Shown piece by piece: positions 40,707 to 54,164 of a DNA stretch of 64,000 bases. This DNA comes from Azolla caroliniana. Its lineage: Eukaryota; Plantae; Polypodiophyta. The DNA lies in the NCBI GenBank assembly GCA_043228905.1, contig JBHGNT010000006.1, forward strand, positions 5,642,001 through 5,706,000. The letters run 5' to 3'. The stretch's first letter is position 1, and every line of letters starts with the position of its first letter. Made by a program: the position numbers and the translations under genes. The notes below the pieces were generated by a model. It ran no database searches. It worked only from the letters and a program-made list of their open reading frames with translations, and was not told the DNA's origin.

Positions 40707-41901
40707 GGACTAGATGGCTCTGCTTTACTGATGGTGCTGGTGTGATGATCGTATTGAAGAAGTAATGATGTTCCAATTTCTTGATTGATTGATTGATTCA
40801 TGATGATGATGATGATGATGATGATGCCATGACAGTGGTGTCATGATTGTATTCGTGATTCAATTATGTTCTGGTGGCGATGACTGTGTTGATGATAATT
40901 TTGATTAACCATGATGATGGCAATTATGGCTATATGGCCATATCCATTAGGTGAGAGTGTGGTTGTGGGAAATGGTGATGCCTATAGTGTGGATGTGTGT
41001 GTGTATGTGAGAGCATGCTTCAAAATTCATCTTTTATGTTCACACAATGAAGATTCAAGTGCTTATTATGTAGTAACATATATGACAGGTAATTGTGTAC
41101 ACAGTTTGGGAACACGATTTACATATGCATGGTTCTTCAGTCCCAGATTCCCAAAGGCAGCCCAATAATGGAAAAAATTCTACTAGGTTCCTCGACAGCC
41201 TATGCTTCGGGCATTCGAGAGCGCGAAACGGCCCTCCAGAGTCTGTGGTGTTCAAGAAGGCCCTGTCCACAGTTGCCCACAAGGTAGAGATGAATTGGTA
41301 TGAAGTCTCATGCTGGGATTGCAACACAATCGATAGACCACTTTTATGCCACAATCAACAGCCGCAGCAAACTACTCCAAAATCACCATCACCATTACCC
41401 TTATCATCGCCACAGACATCATTACAGGTGTTATCTCCAGATTCTCCATCTCCATCTTCGGCATTGACATCATCGCCATCATCATCGTCATCATCATTGC
41501 CGACATCGTCATCATCATCATCATCATCATCATCATCGGCAACACCCTGCTTGTCTGTAGGCGACATAGTCCACTTGCGTACCATAACCGGCGAAGCGGC
41601 GACCACCACTACCGGTGGTGACGATGTGCTTGATTACTCCTGCTTGGCCATCCTCAAATCCTTTGTTCACCAGATTCCCGGGATTAGGTCTTATACTTTC
41701 TTCAAGTCTTTGGATAGGCCACCCACGAAGATGGTTGGATTGGGTATCTGGGATGACTTCGATCTGGCTTCTAAGTTCTTGTATGCACCCGATGGCGTAC
41801 CTGAAGAGTGTTACTGGAGAAGCTTAGGTGCGAAGGTCAAGTTGGGCATGTATCATGTGGTGTTCATTACATTGAACGGAACATCGAGCTCTAGCCTGTA
41901 G
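40345..41901 (+). CDS. Plant protein of unknown function, probably two alpha/beta (ABM-like) modules; 2 exons, ~346 aa
   Basis: Exons 40345-40572 (CTG|GTCAGT) and 41089-41901 (GACAG|GTA) join at phase 0 to read ..LLKSHDSNL-VIVYTVWE... The C-terminal half (LSVGDIV..LDYSCLAILKS..GIRS..K..VGLGIW..MYHVVFIT) resembles, from memory, a conserved uncharacterised seed-plant family. Two poly-Ser tracts are present. Confidence 0.72.
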
Positions 41902-43763
41902 GTACATAACAAAATGTAGTATATGTACACTTTCATCAAATTTAGGTATGTAGATATAGATGTTTGATAGGAGCATGTAATATGACAAGGTTGAAATGGG
42001 GGAAAGGGATTTTAACACTGATCTTACGATGATAGGTAGTTAGTCGTACACTACCATCTATTTGATCTTGTTTTTATAATGAATTTACAGTCTAATTTTG
42101 TGAGGGACTTTTAACCATCAAAAGCTGACATTTGTTATAAATCTACAGAATAGAGTGTCAACCGAATGTATTAATGATAATTTTGTTATTTACATCTTCC
42201 ATCTAACTACTAAGAATATATGATAATTTGTTATCATCACTCTTTCTTTATCTTGTAATATCGTAAGAAATCCACTTGATGGCTTCCGAATTTATGGTCA
42301 AGTGGGCAATTGATCCTTCTTTGTTGGTTGGAGACCAGACAAAATGGATTAAAAAATCTATTATGGTCAGTGATTAATCGGTAGACTGGTCTGTAATGTA
42401 TCAATTACAATTAATGCAACGAGTTCATAGAGTATGAAAGTGAAGATACGATAAATCCCCTCTTTACAAAATCTTTTTAATAGATTGAAACTTAAGTTTA
42501 ACTTACTGTTGATCACATAATTAATCCTCCACAGAATGCCACTCTTTTACCTATCCATTAAGAAAGGTCTACAATTTGCCATGGACAAACATAGGGAATC
42601 TATTAATAAAATTTATGTCACAATAATTAACCCTTAATTATGCTTTTACTTCTATATGGCTAATCTATGCTTGGAGTGCCTTTTTAGTGTTGGTTATAAC
42701 TTATGAGTGCTTTATATATCTTTGTTTAAAATTTAAACAGTAGAATGGACTCGAATATATGGCATACTAGGTATACATTAGGAACAAAACATCAAAGAAG
42801 AATTGCCGATATTCAAGTTTTTGACTTATTCGCCGAGTTTTAAAAATTAAATATGTTTCTTATTTTGAACATAAGTCTTCTTTGAAAGCACATTTCCTAT
42901 TGGGGCTACTGATTTGAAAGGAGAAGATGTTGCAGAATGTTCTCAAGGGCTTTCTTATTATTTATTGTTGAACTAAATGTATGTAAAAATTCAGGCATCC
43001 ACAATCACCAAGATAATCATTAAGATCACAAATGATATCTAGTAGTTATGACAAATGACAAAATTGAGGGGAATCAAAGGAAGAAATGTGCTCAAATTAC
43101 TTGAATGTATTGTTATTTTTAACAAGGATTGTTTTTTTGCATTCAGAATCCAGATGACAGAGTGGTGCAAACCTATAAATCATGATACCTCCATCTTAAA
43201 CGAGACTCAAATTATGTTAATGTCATGTTATTTTTAATAAAGATTGACCACCATTGAAACATTGGTTATGAACCATATCATGAGGTATTCCTTACAAAAA
43301 CCAACATAATCCAAAATCTTGAGATGTATTACTAAGTCACTAACACTAGTATTGCTGTATAGATACAACAAGGGGAATATTATTAACATGTGATAAATAA
43401 TCTATTCTACTTGCAATTAAGAGATAACATCCCCCAAAAGAAATGAAATCCACAACAATGGGCAGCAAAATATGGAGGATCAGATCTCTAATGGGAACAA
43501 TAATCCCTCTCAGCAAATAATTGAAACCAAAGAGAGACTAGCATTAAGAAAAGCAGAAAAACTTCCTTTCCACCCGCCCATTATATAACATGGGTTTCGA
43601 TTAACCAACTATTTTTCGTGGTATACATGGTAACCCCCCCAATAAGAAATAATAAGAAGAAGAATAAGGGAATACCAAAGATTTTCTTAATACAACAAGA
43701 GGGTCCAATACCCATGGATTCCTATATTGGGTTATTTCAGAAGTTTTTAAAGTGATTATATAT

Positions 43764-45325
43764 TCACAACGCAATTTTGGCTATTGACTCAACCTCACAT
43801 TCCTCTTTCCTAATATTTGGAATCTGAATCTTGTCGATCACTTCGTTCCCAATCTCAGAGTGATCATCATCAGCCACAGAGGATGTCCACCCCCTTGATG
43901 CCATTAAATCCCAATCTTCTTGCAGCATGGGGTAAGTGATTATATCAATATCATCATAATCATCATCATGAATCGCTCCATTTTTAGCGTGCATTTTGGT
44001 TCTTGCCTCATCATCATCGGGATCACCATGCATAGACCCGGATTGAGTTATTTCAGATTGAGAATCAAATAATCTTGAACCCGTCTTTCCAACATTGTGG
44101 AAAACCTTCCGGGGGTCTGTGTATGATCGCCGACAGCTCTTCCAATCGATGTAATATAGTTGGCCTGTCTGCATTCAAAGGGGAAAATTCTCTCTCAGTG
44201 GTAAGCTACTTATGTCATCAACAGAATGTCAGCAGTTAAAATCATTATATTTGCAGCCATAATTGAGTTCCTCTAGAATGCCAATCTATCCATATCTACT
44301 CATCTGTCTCTACCAAGGGTTTAGGTATGTCACATCTAACCCTAAAAAGTTTAGACAAACATCAAAGTTTCATGGGATCTACAGAAGCTAGATGCCAATA
44401 TGCTTGAGACTACAAGGCAGAACACATAGGCCAAGAGTTCTTTATTATTTCTGTGATATGTTTGGAAAATAAATTCACCAAAATGCAAGTCGAATTTGTT
44501 TTAGAGGATGCAGCCAGGAGGTCCAAAATATTTATAAAGAGAACAAAACTGATAGAACGATATAAAATTTCAATTAAAATCCTCCAAATTTGTGGTATGT
44601 TTCTCACTATGTCATATTATTCCATGCTTGAAATGAAAACTGAGAGTAGGTTGGACAAAATCCAATGTAAAGTTTCTGTCGTCCCGTCTCTATCATTTTA
44701 TACATGAAAAAGGAAAAAATTGGCGTAAAACTTTCTCCCACAAAACATACATATTCCTTGCCACATTGATCAGATAATTCATTCATAATTCACCAGGAAT
44801 TACAACAAAGAAATCATGGCAAAGAAATATGAAGAAAGCAGAAAATGATAGGACATAACAGGTAAACTTCTTACAAATTTGTGGTATTTTCTCACAATTG
44901 CCTAGATTAGAGAAAACTCAGGCCAAATGTTTCCTCAAAACAATTTTATATTTCCTGCCACATTGCTCAAACAATTCATTCGCAATCCATCCAAAAAACT
45001 AATTCCGAATCTAGACAAAGCAATCACAGCAAAAAAAATGAAGAAGAAACAGAAAAAATCAACTGATAAAGGCATTAGAAAGACAACAATATTTAACAAG
45101 AAAGTTTATCCTGGAAAGAGGAAAAAATACCTTAAGGTCTAAGAATTGCTCCCATCCATGAGGAAGAGGTACTTTGCACTCTAATTCCAGATCAGGACCC
45201 ATGTCCATATCACACTGAGCAGAGGATTGCCCACATTCTTCTTGGTCTTTTTGGTTTAGACCAAGGTGAGTTTCCATAGCTTGCAGAACCTCAAAAGACC
45301 AAGGTTCGAGTCTTTTCTTCTGCAT
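43764..45325 (-). CDS. WW-domain protein, CURLY FLAG LEAF 1 (CFL1)-like; 2 exons, 199 aa
   Basis: Exons 45325-45131 (AAG|GTATTT) and 44168-43764 (TGCAG|ACA) splice to DLEL..PLPHGWEQFLDLK-TGQLYYIDWKSCRRSYTDPR, the CFL1-family WW domain with an intron after LDLK. Confidence 0.85.
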
Positions 45326-46009
45326 TAAGAAATAAATGATGATAAAACCAAAAAACCCAAACTTTTGTGAGCTTTTCTCAAGATGGGTTGCTTTCCCTTT
45401 GGCTTTCCTGGAGATGGATTGCTTTTCTTTTGGCTTTCTTGAGGTCTTTCTGGGGAGATGGGTTTGTTTTTATTTTATTTATTTATTTTGCTTTTCAGGT
45501 AGTGGGCTGCTTCTCTTTTAGCTTTCTGCATGAAGCTTTCTCATAGAGCTAGCTAGGTTGCTTTTTTTTTTTTTTTTTTTTGCTTTTCCAGAAGGGCTTG
45601 AGCCTTTGCTGCTGAGGCTGAGGCTTTCTTATATATATTCCATGGAAAATGGGTTGCTTTCCTTGTGGCTCTTCTGAGGCTTTGGTGGATCTCAAGAGAT
45701 GGGTTTTGCTTTCCGAGGCTTTTTGTGGAGATGGGCCTGCTTTTCTTTTGGATTGTTGCTGGTTTTCCTTGACACTGTACCATGCATGTGGTGGGTATGG
45801 ACATTTGTGGGGGGTGTGTACAAGACATAGAATTGAAAGAAATCATAACTCCCAGAACAGAACAGAACAGAACAGAACAGAACAGAGCAGAGCAGAGCAG
45901 AGCAGAACAGAGCAGTGCAGTGCAGTGCAGAAGGAGGGGGGATCCTAGGAGAAAGCTCAATCCAAGAGAATGTGTGTAATCATTATAATATACATACATA
46001 CATACATAC

Positions 46010-46510
46010 ATACATAATGATTTCTTGTTTTCCATTAAATTACACATACATACATACATACATACATACATACATACATTATACATACATACATAATGAT
46101 TTCTTGTTTTCCATTAAATTATACATACATACATACATAATGATTTCTTGTTTTCCATTAAATTATACATTTCTCTATATTGTTTGGTGCTCACATGAAC
46201 ATGGATGGATGGGTTCACATGAGCATTGCTGGCCTTCCTTACGATGGGTTCACATGAACATGGATGTGTGTGTATGGACACATTATGATCTCGAGGTGGC
46301 CACAACTTTTTTGGGCACTTCAATTGTTGGCCTTCCTTAGGATGGCTTCACATGAACATGGATGTATGGACACATTGCGTTCTCGACGTGGCAATGACTT
46401 TTTGGGCATTTCAATTGTTGGCCTTCTTGAGGATGGGTTCACATGAACATGGATGTATGGACACATTGCATTCTCAAGGTGGCAATGACTTTTTGGGCAC
46501 TTCAATTGTG
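46010..46510. repeat. Two adjacent minisatellites upstream of the CFL1-like gene
   Basis: CATAATGATTTCTTGTTTTCCATTAAATTA occurs 3 times, separated by (CATA)n. It is followed by 3-4 copies of a ~90-bp unit TTCACATGAACATGGATG..GGACACATT..GTGGC..CTTTTTGGGCA.TTCAATTGT. Confidence 0.85.
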
Positions 46511-48491
46511 GAGCATATGCTCTTATGATGTCGAAGCTGTAAGTATAGTAGCCAAGCCTCTTTCATGTACAAACTGTTTCATGTAAAGATGGCTATTTTC
46601 TACGAACTACAACGATATAGGTACTCTACACTCAATCTTTGGTGTCATTAAGAATCATTGAACTCTATTGAGCTCAAAGGGCACGATGTGTTGTTGCGAC
46701 GCCATCACCTAATGGTCTATCGCCAAAAATACCATAGTGTTTTTTATTTTGAATCGGAAGGATGCATAGTAGAACATATTTGGGCCTAGCTTAAAAGTTA
46801 ACACTCTACATGTGTACTTATATGAGTAGCATATGAGCTAATAATGCATAGTTTTAAGGCCTTGCATGTGTCTCCTCTAATGCATGGAGAACCAACCATG
46901 TCTACTCAAATGCATGAGTACAAGCTACATATTTGATGGCCAGAGAGAAATCTATCACGCTCTCTCGCAATTCTATATATTTGAGCCGTGAATTGCTTTT
47001 TGGGGGGCACAATGGCATTTACGTTCACGAGGTCCCTTTAGTAAGCTCTATTGTTTGATGGTAAAACGTAAAACAATAATATAATGGTATGCTAATAAGG
47101 TAATAATAAATGTCCGAAAAGGTATTGTGTTGTGTCCGAATAAAGCATCGAACAAGAAGGATACACTATGAGGTTGAAGTGGCAATAGTTGATCACTCGC
47201 CAAACTAGTGGGTTGAAAGCTCTAGTGCTCGGTTTTGAGGTCCAATTGGAAGGGCATGTTGTGATTTGGATGTGAGAAGTGCTAATTCGTTGTTAAAAAG
47301 ACGAGTAGAAGCTCTAATTTCTTAGGGTGAAATTTTAATTAGGACACAATGGGATATTGTATTGATTAAGGCATCCTTGAGTGCCTCGAGTTTAGTCATG
47401 ATGCGTCAGATGTTTGAGTGTATTATGCTTTTCTAGGTGATTAAATGACATGAAATTAGATAATTTTTTATGATCCAAAGAGTTTCATTATGCGAACAAC
47501 TGACAATTTTTTGGTTCCATTCTCAACTTGTTACAAGTAAAAGTGATCCAATGAATTAAATCCATTTCACTACCACACTACCAATAGGGGGGGATATATT
47601 CTATGTCCCCAAATTAATAGCAAAGTAGGTGAGGGTGATAATAACTCAAGACTATCCCTTGCCAAATGTCCAACCTAACCATATCACCATAAACAACATG
47701 GAATAAAAATATATACTTTGCCATGTTGCATGTTGATCGACGGTGAAGTTTCTATGATAACATTACAAGTCTTTGGACCATGAGACTTTCCTAGTCATAA
47801 CAATTCTTATTTGACATTGTTGAAGCTCCTAGGGAAACATGATGCACTACCAATCGTCCAACACCTCATATCATGATTGATCCCTAGGCACCAATGCAAT
47901 GTCAAGGGATGTGGCATTAGTTGACCAATTGATACAAATGTCGGTTGCCTCAGTGTCCCTCACAATGAAAGGAAATTTGGAAACCAATTCATGTAAAGTT
48001 TTGTTTTGCAACTTAATCAACCTTTCAAATCTTTAAATTGTGAGGATCCTTACTTCAAGGCAAACCCTCAAAATATAAAACCATATTCTTCTCAAAACTA
48101 GGAAACAAACACTAATCGATACATAATAGAGCACATCCCTTTATCCGCCATGTGCACCATTCCTTCCATATGAGTCTATGACTTAGCTCACGTTCTCTTC
48201 GATTGAGACATGGTGTTGGGGCATAAACGAGGAGACTATGCATTTTTTTTTCCTTGAATAAGTTTAGTAATTTAACTATCACACTTCAATACAAGCTTTG
48301 TTGTTGATGACGTTATCAATATGATCCCACCCATACACAAAGTCCTCTCATAATCGCGATGTATATTCTCAATTGCAATGTTCATTAGTAAAATTCTTGA
48401 ACATTGAAATCATTACTTAATTCCACACATAATTCGAGAACATGTTCTACTTTTAGTATCATAGATCATATTTGACTTCTAAGATGATAAT

Positions 48492-48547
<56 letters not shown>

Positions 48548-51500
48548 GGTTCGATCCTCGCCATGGACTAGGGTTGTTTAATAGATCGTAATCAGTCTCC
48601 CATGGACATTAAAAAGATGTATATCTATCTATATCCATCATTCACGTGGGTTTTGGCTTTTGCATCTCTCTTTAACGTTTGCATACGTCCAACAAGACAT
48701 CTTTTTCATACTTTTCACAAACAAGAGAAAGCAAATGTTTTGTCGTAATCAACTAACCAGTTTAAGACAATTTTCATTGTGTCACGGAGAATATATTATG
48801 ATCTGCCATGTACTACCATCTTTGAAATCAAAATGTAGTTTCTCCTTTATAATTAAAAAAAGAGGTGGTACTTCAAACTTTCACCTTACAACAGAGCGGA
48901 TCATTTTGTGGGAAGTGCAAAATTCTAAACCATTTTCTTAAAAAGTTTTATATTCAAATATAGTTCTACATTATAGAGTAGGCATTTGCTATGTTGAAAG
49001 TTAAAAATGAGTTGTCTCTAAGTAATGTTACAACTTGGGGTAGATTGAAGTAATTGAATGATTGAAGATGATATATGTAAGATACTTTGAATAATGTTTG
49101 GTTTAACTTCTATGAGAATAATCTATCCATCATATGTGGTACATCCACACATTATCAAACATCTTCAAGGTAATGCTTTCCAGATGTTCATAGGAACTTT
49201 AGATGACAACTCCTTGTGTAGATGATAATTTCCTCTGACTTTGTGTGTGTGCATGTGCACACATTCTCTCCTTCGCAAATATTTCGCATGCTTGATCTTT
49301 CATGTACCTCATATAAAAGAACAAAGTTCGGAACACAAAAGAGTGTAAAACAGTAGAGAATATGTTGAAAAGTAATGTTAATATTTATATTATAGGTATC
49401 ATGGTAAGGTCTTTTGTAAAGAACACATAGCAAAGTTTTCATTGAGGATTATTTTGTATGTTTGCTCCATTCCTTTGTTTATCCCAAGGATTATCAATAA
49501 CTCTTGATTGTGTTGAGTGCGGGAACTACGAGTTGCAAGTGTTGAAAGTGTGTAGATCCCTACAAATATATTAAACAAATTGACAATATTGTTCATAGCA
49601 TGTGGTACAATTAGCTTTTGAGTTGTGTTCATGTGATGCCAAGCTCAAGGCAAAAAAATACATGCAATTAAAGTAGATGTTCATTTTGTTACCATTGAGC
49701 ATGTCATGTGATGATGTGATGACAAGAAATTTGTCTCAAGTAATCCAAACATTTACCTTTACTAATAATTTACCTCCTTCAATTTGTCGTACAGGAATAA
49801 TGTGCATATATCGCCTCAATTGGTAATCAAAAGATAAAAAACTTCAGTGCTTTCGTACCATGCAATGCAAGGTCTAATTGAACGCATTCCACAATAAAAG
49901 GAGAACAATATATATATATATATATATATATAATTTGTTTTAGCAATTAAAAAAATATTGTTGAGAACGCGTAGACATATGTAAGCGAGGTAGGATCTTG
50001 ATTGACAATTACATCCATTGGATATATGGTTGCTTATTCATATAACTTGCTATCACAAGTTTTGATATTAGGAAACTCTTTTGTAAAATTTTCTATTTTG
50101 CCATGGTTAGTGGATAGATTATTCTCTTTGAGAGCCATTCATAAGCATCACCACATGCGACATAACAACTCGAAGACTTTTGAGTATTTAGTAACCTCCA
50201 ATAAGATATGGTATATGGAGGCCTTTTGGATATTTTTGGAAGGTGTTTTGGAACAGTTGATTTATTAATTGTCTAGTGAATTTAACCATTTCTTTTATAT
50301 TAACACGTGAAAGTCCGATTCTACTCGATGTGAATGTAAATGTAAATGTGAAGAAGTTTGGTCCTCATTCACCATAACATTAGTCAACTTTTTGAACTTG
50401 TCAATTGGAAATATCGACAAAGGTAACAAAATCTGGCACAAACATAGAATATTTCTACTAACTTCTTGTAATTTTATGAGGATTTTCAGATCAATAAAGA
50501 AACATTTCCCATGATATTTTGTGGTCACTTTTGATGAGTATAATAGTTCACATTGAAATGTGGGGCAAAAGTCATTGGTAATTTTATGCATGAAGGTAAT
50601 TGGGCCATCTCAAGTTCTTGAGACTATTGTCAGAGAATATGTGTCTTGGGCTAGCATGGTGTGTATCTCCTCCTTATAAACATCTCCTAGATTGACGCAT
50701 CCTAGTATGAACACCCAAATGCAGGACAAGTTGATATGAGAAGTAGATAAGCTTCCTTTTTTGCTCCCACACTTTGCTCCCAACATATCCCCATCATCTC
50801 ATGTTGCAACCCAACAACATTCAAGCAATATGTATATATATAAACATATTTTCCTACTTAATATCATTGTTGTTATTCCTTCTCCATAGCAAGAAAAATC
50901 CCAAATATTTTACTCATCATTATGAGCAACCTCGAAGTGGTTCATGACAAGGCAATGGTGCAAGCATCAAGTGTAACCGAGCGTGGGAAAGGTCCTACAC
51001 TACAAATTTATCATGGTTAAGGCATTGGTTTGTAGTTGTATGAACCTAGGACTAATACTAATTACTTGTTAAACGCACATTGTGCATGAAGATAACCTAA
51101 GTGGATCTCGGCATAGAATAACATAAGCATGCATGAGGCCTTATATGGAATGGATTTGGTCACATTATCAGATATTGTCTCGTGTCTCCTACAAGTCAAA
51201 ACCCATGTGAGGTACATGTCTTGGGCATCAATGACCTCGTTCTTTTGGTAATTCTTTCAAACATTGTTTCAACTTATTTATGTTTGATGTAATATCTACA
51301 AGATGTAAGTTCTCACAATGATCTTGTGGTATAACTTTCATTCAACAATCGCAAGGGTGTGATTCAAGCTCCATTGCATGCATTTAGATACATATGTGTG
51401 TGTCTCATTTGCGTATCAAATATCAGTTTTCACAACTAGTTGAAGATCCAAGCGGTTAGTTCAACTTAGTTGTGTAACCTTTTCCTATCAACTTGGCTTG

Positions 51501-52316
51501 CTTGGGTTAGATCTTAACTTGTTTGCTTGATTATATTACATCAAGCATTGATAAGCCGAACAAGACCCACTATTTGGTACATCTAATTATTCTATTCTAG
51601 GTGCATGATAAGAAACTATCGGTTTAACTTGCGCCACATAAAACACGGACATCACAATTTTTTACAACGGATAATTTTGTACTTTGTGCATCAAATACCT
51701 TTGTGCCACATAGGTATGGACCCTATGTTTTTCTTTATTTTATGCTACATTGAAGTGGACCCCACATTCGAATTTAATGGATCCCGCATTTGGCAATTGA
51801 TGATTTTTGTGCCACATCAATATTTACTTCTTGTTGTTTTTTATGAGTACTGATTCGTGAGGGGAAACCAAGTGTTGTGGTATGTATGTTGTTTTTAATG
51901 TTTTCACAATGACATGCTAGTGTTATGGATGTAGGTGATTGAAGTGACATTATCACATCAATCACTATGGGGTTAATAGACAATGTTTTGCCATATTAAT
52001 TGCTTCAGTAATTTAGATGGCAATGCCATTCATGTGGATGGTGGAGATGAAAGCGCACGATGTATTGAGATCATTATGGAGTAACGAACACATACATGGC
52101 CATCATTTCGTTACTCCATAAAGATATATGCACATTGATATTTGTAAGTGCTGCAAACAAGCTTTCGAGAAATAACAACATGGGTTTGTATAAGCAAAGG
52201 ACTTATTAACGGACAAATATTGATGGCCATTCATTGATTGATGTTAAATACTTGTAAGCCATTTCATTTTTGCAATTCGAGCAATGAACCCTAAAATAAG
52301 GTTCAAGAGTGCATGA

Positions 52317-52388
52317 TGTGGCTGCTGGGATTCGAGCCCAGGTCTCCACGGCCACAACGTGGAATTCTAACCACTAAACTACAGCCAC
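52317..52388 (-). tRNA. trnH-GTG: tRNA-His(GTG)
   Basis: Reverse complement GTGGCTGTAGTTTAGTGGTTAGAATTCCACGTTGTGGCCGTGGAGACCTGGGCTCGAATCCCAGCAGCCACA is the canonical plant cytosolic tRNA-His with anticodon GTG. Confidence 0.95.
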
Positions 52389-54164
52389 ATGAATGAAATG
52401 CACCCTGCGATAAAAGTATATAATACTAAAATGTATGCGAAAGTAAATATAGACACAGTGATCATTGATATCCATGTGGAAGTATATACACACTTTTACT
52501 TGCAAAAGTGAACCATCGAGGCAATTTGCGAGCATAACGTTTTAATTCACTATCTTTGAGGTGGGTGGAACAAGAGATTATGTGCTAAAGCATGGTGCAA
52601 CCATTGCATACACTGATATCAATAGATAGAAGATGGTGTATATTAGTAGGAGTTCCTTTCTCTCGGAACTTAAAACTTTAAGCAAGGTAATAAAACCTCA
52701 AGTTGAAATGTATTTATTGTCTAGATTAAAACCTTGATAGGAATGTTAAAAGATTGGTCATTCACCTAAATACGTTCTCCAACCATCTTATTTCAAATAT
52801 CTTGAGGACCTTAAGAAGGATAATAAAAGTTGCAATTATAAACGTTAATAGGATAATATAAGTTACAACTATAAACATTAATACAATAATATAAGTTGTA
52901 GCTATAAACATTAAGAGGCTTCGATTTGAAAACAATAAAATGTGATTAATATGTTTTGAATTTCAAAATTTTTTAGCATCACATGCACGTCTAACCAGTA
53001 ACCACTAAATTGGAATTGTTCACATTTAAAGAATGCATAAACACAAAAATGATATTTTTAATGTGTAAAAGTTTTAAAGCTATTGTAGGAATCAAACAAG
53101 AGTTGCACACATAATTATTGTTAGAGACATTGAGAATCGATTAGGTAAGTATAAGAGTTGCGCTCACAAAGATGTATATGTGTTACTACAAATTTTCTAT
53201 TACATATCCTCCATCTAATCTCACACCTTAGAGATGTATTACATATAGAAATGTTGACAATAGATTGGATAGGCATATAGAGTTATATATCCGAACTCGT
53301 GACTGCTTGTGTTATAATTGAGTGTTATAGGTTAACCAACACGTCAAATATACAATCATATACATGACTATTCCTTGTAGTTTTAAGGTAGCATCATGAG
53401 CATACTTCCTCCATTGTATTCACACTTGGCACATACATGCTATAGCGTATCACATGCACGTTGTCGTGGAGAATTCGGCTACTAGGAGAAAAGGAGCCGG
53501 AGAGCGCGGGAACGAGGGTGTGCACGGATGGACACAAAGTTGTCTTCATGTACAAATATGTATAAATAACATAGGACTAGTAAGTAGTAGGGAATAGGAT
53601 TTTGATGGGTACTTTAATGTCCCATGAAAAGAGGAGAATAAAGCGTGTGTAGGGAGGAAACCGAGGGGAATCACTGACAGAATCAATTACCTTAAACAAC
53701 CTGATGTAATTGTCTCTCCCTCCTTGAGCTATAAAAGGAGGGAGAAAAGACTGAGAGGGGGATCCTCGTTTTAGGAGAAGGAAGTGTGGCCGGACCGAGT
53801 CTGTAGACTCCTACTTCTCTGTTGTCGTGTTGCGAGGCCTCCATTTTGCATTGGTAGCCCGTGTGCTCCCGATTGGAGGCTGGATATCGTGAAGAATTTC
53901 GGCCAGAGGCGGAAATCGGGAAATATTGGCTACATCGGCGGGGTGCAGCATGTGCGCTCACCCTTGTACATTTAGTGTGAATAACGAGGGCGCCTTTATG
54001 GTGCCGAAGAGTAGTCAAGTCGGGATAGAGAATCCCATGTAAGTCGGGATTTATCCCACATTGTAGTGCATCTCCCTCCTTGTTCTATAAAAGGAAGGGA
54101 GCGCCTCTTGTGAGAGGGTTGTCCATTTTGTATTAGCAGGGTATACCGTTAGACGAAGAGACGT

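Noticed and set aside
46190-46510. Repeat arrays that superficially resemble CRISPR (also 19907-20145 and 46010-46170)
   Set aside because: The whole units are degenerate tandem copies with no unique spacers, there are no cas genes, and the context is eukaryotic.
47000-52300. Possible decayed transposon coding fragments in AT-rich intergenic DNA (also 22800-25500 and 38600-39750)
   Set aside because: There are only faint motif hints and none could be supported without a profile search.
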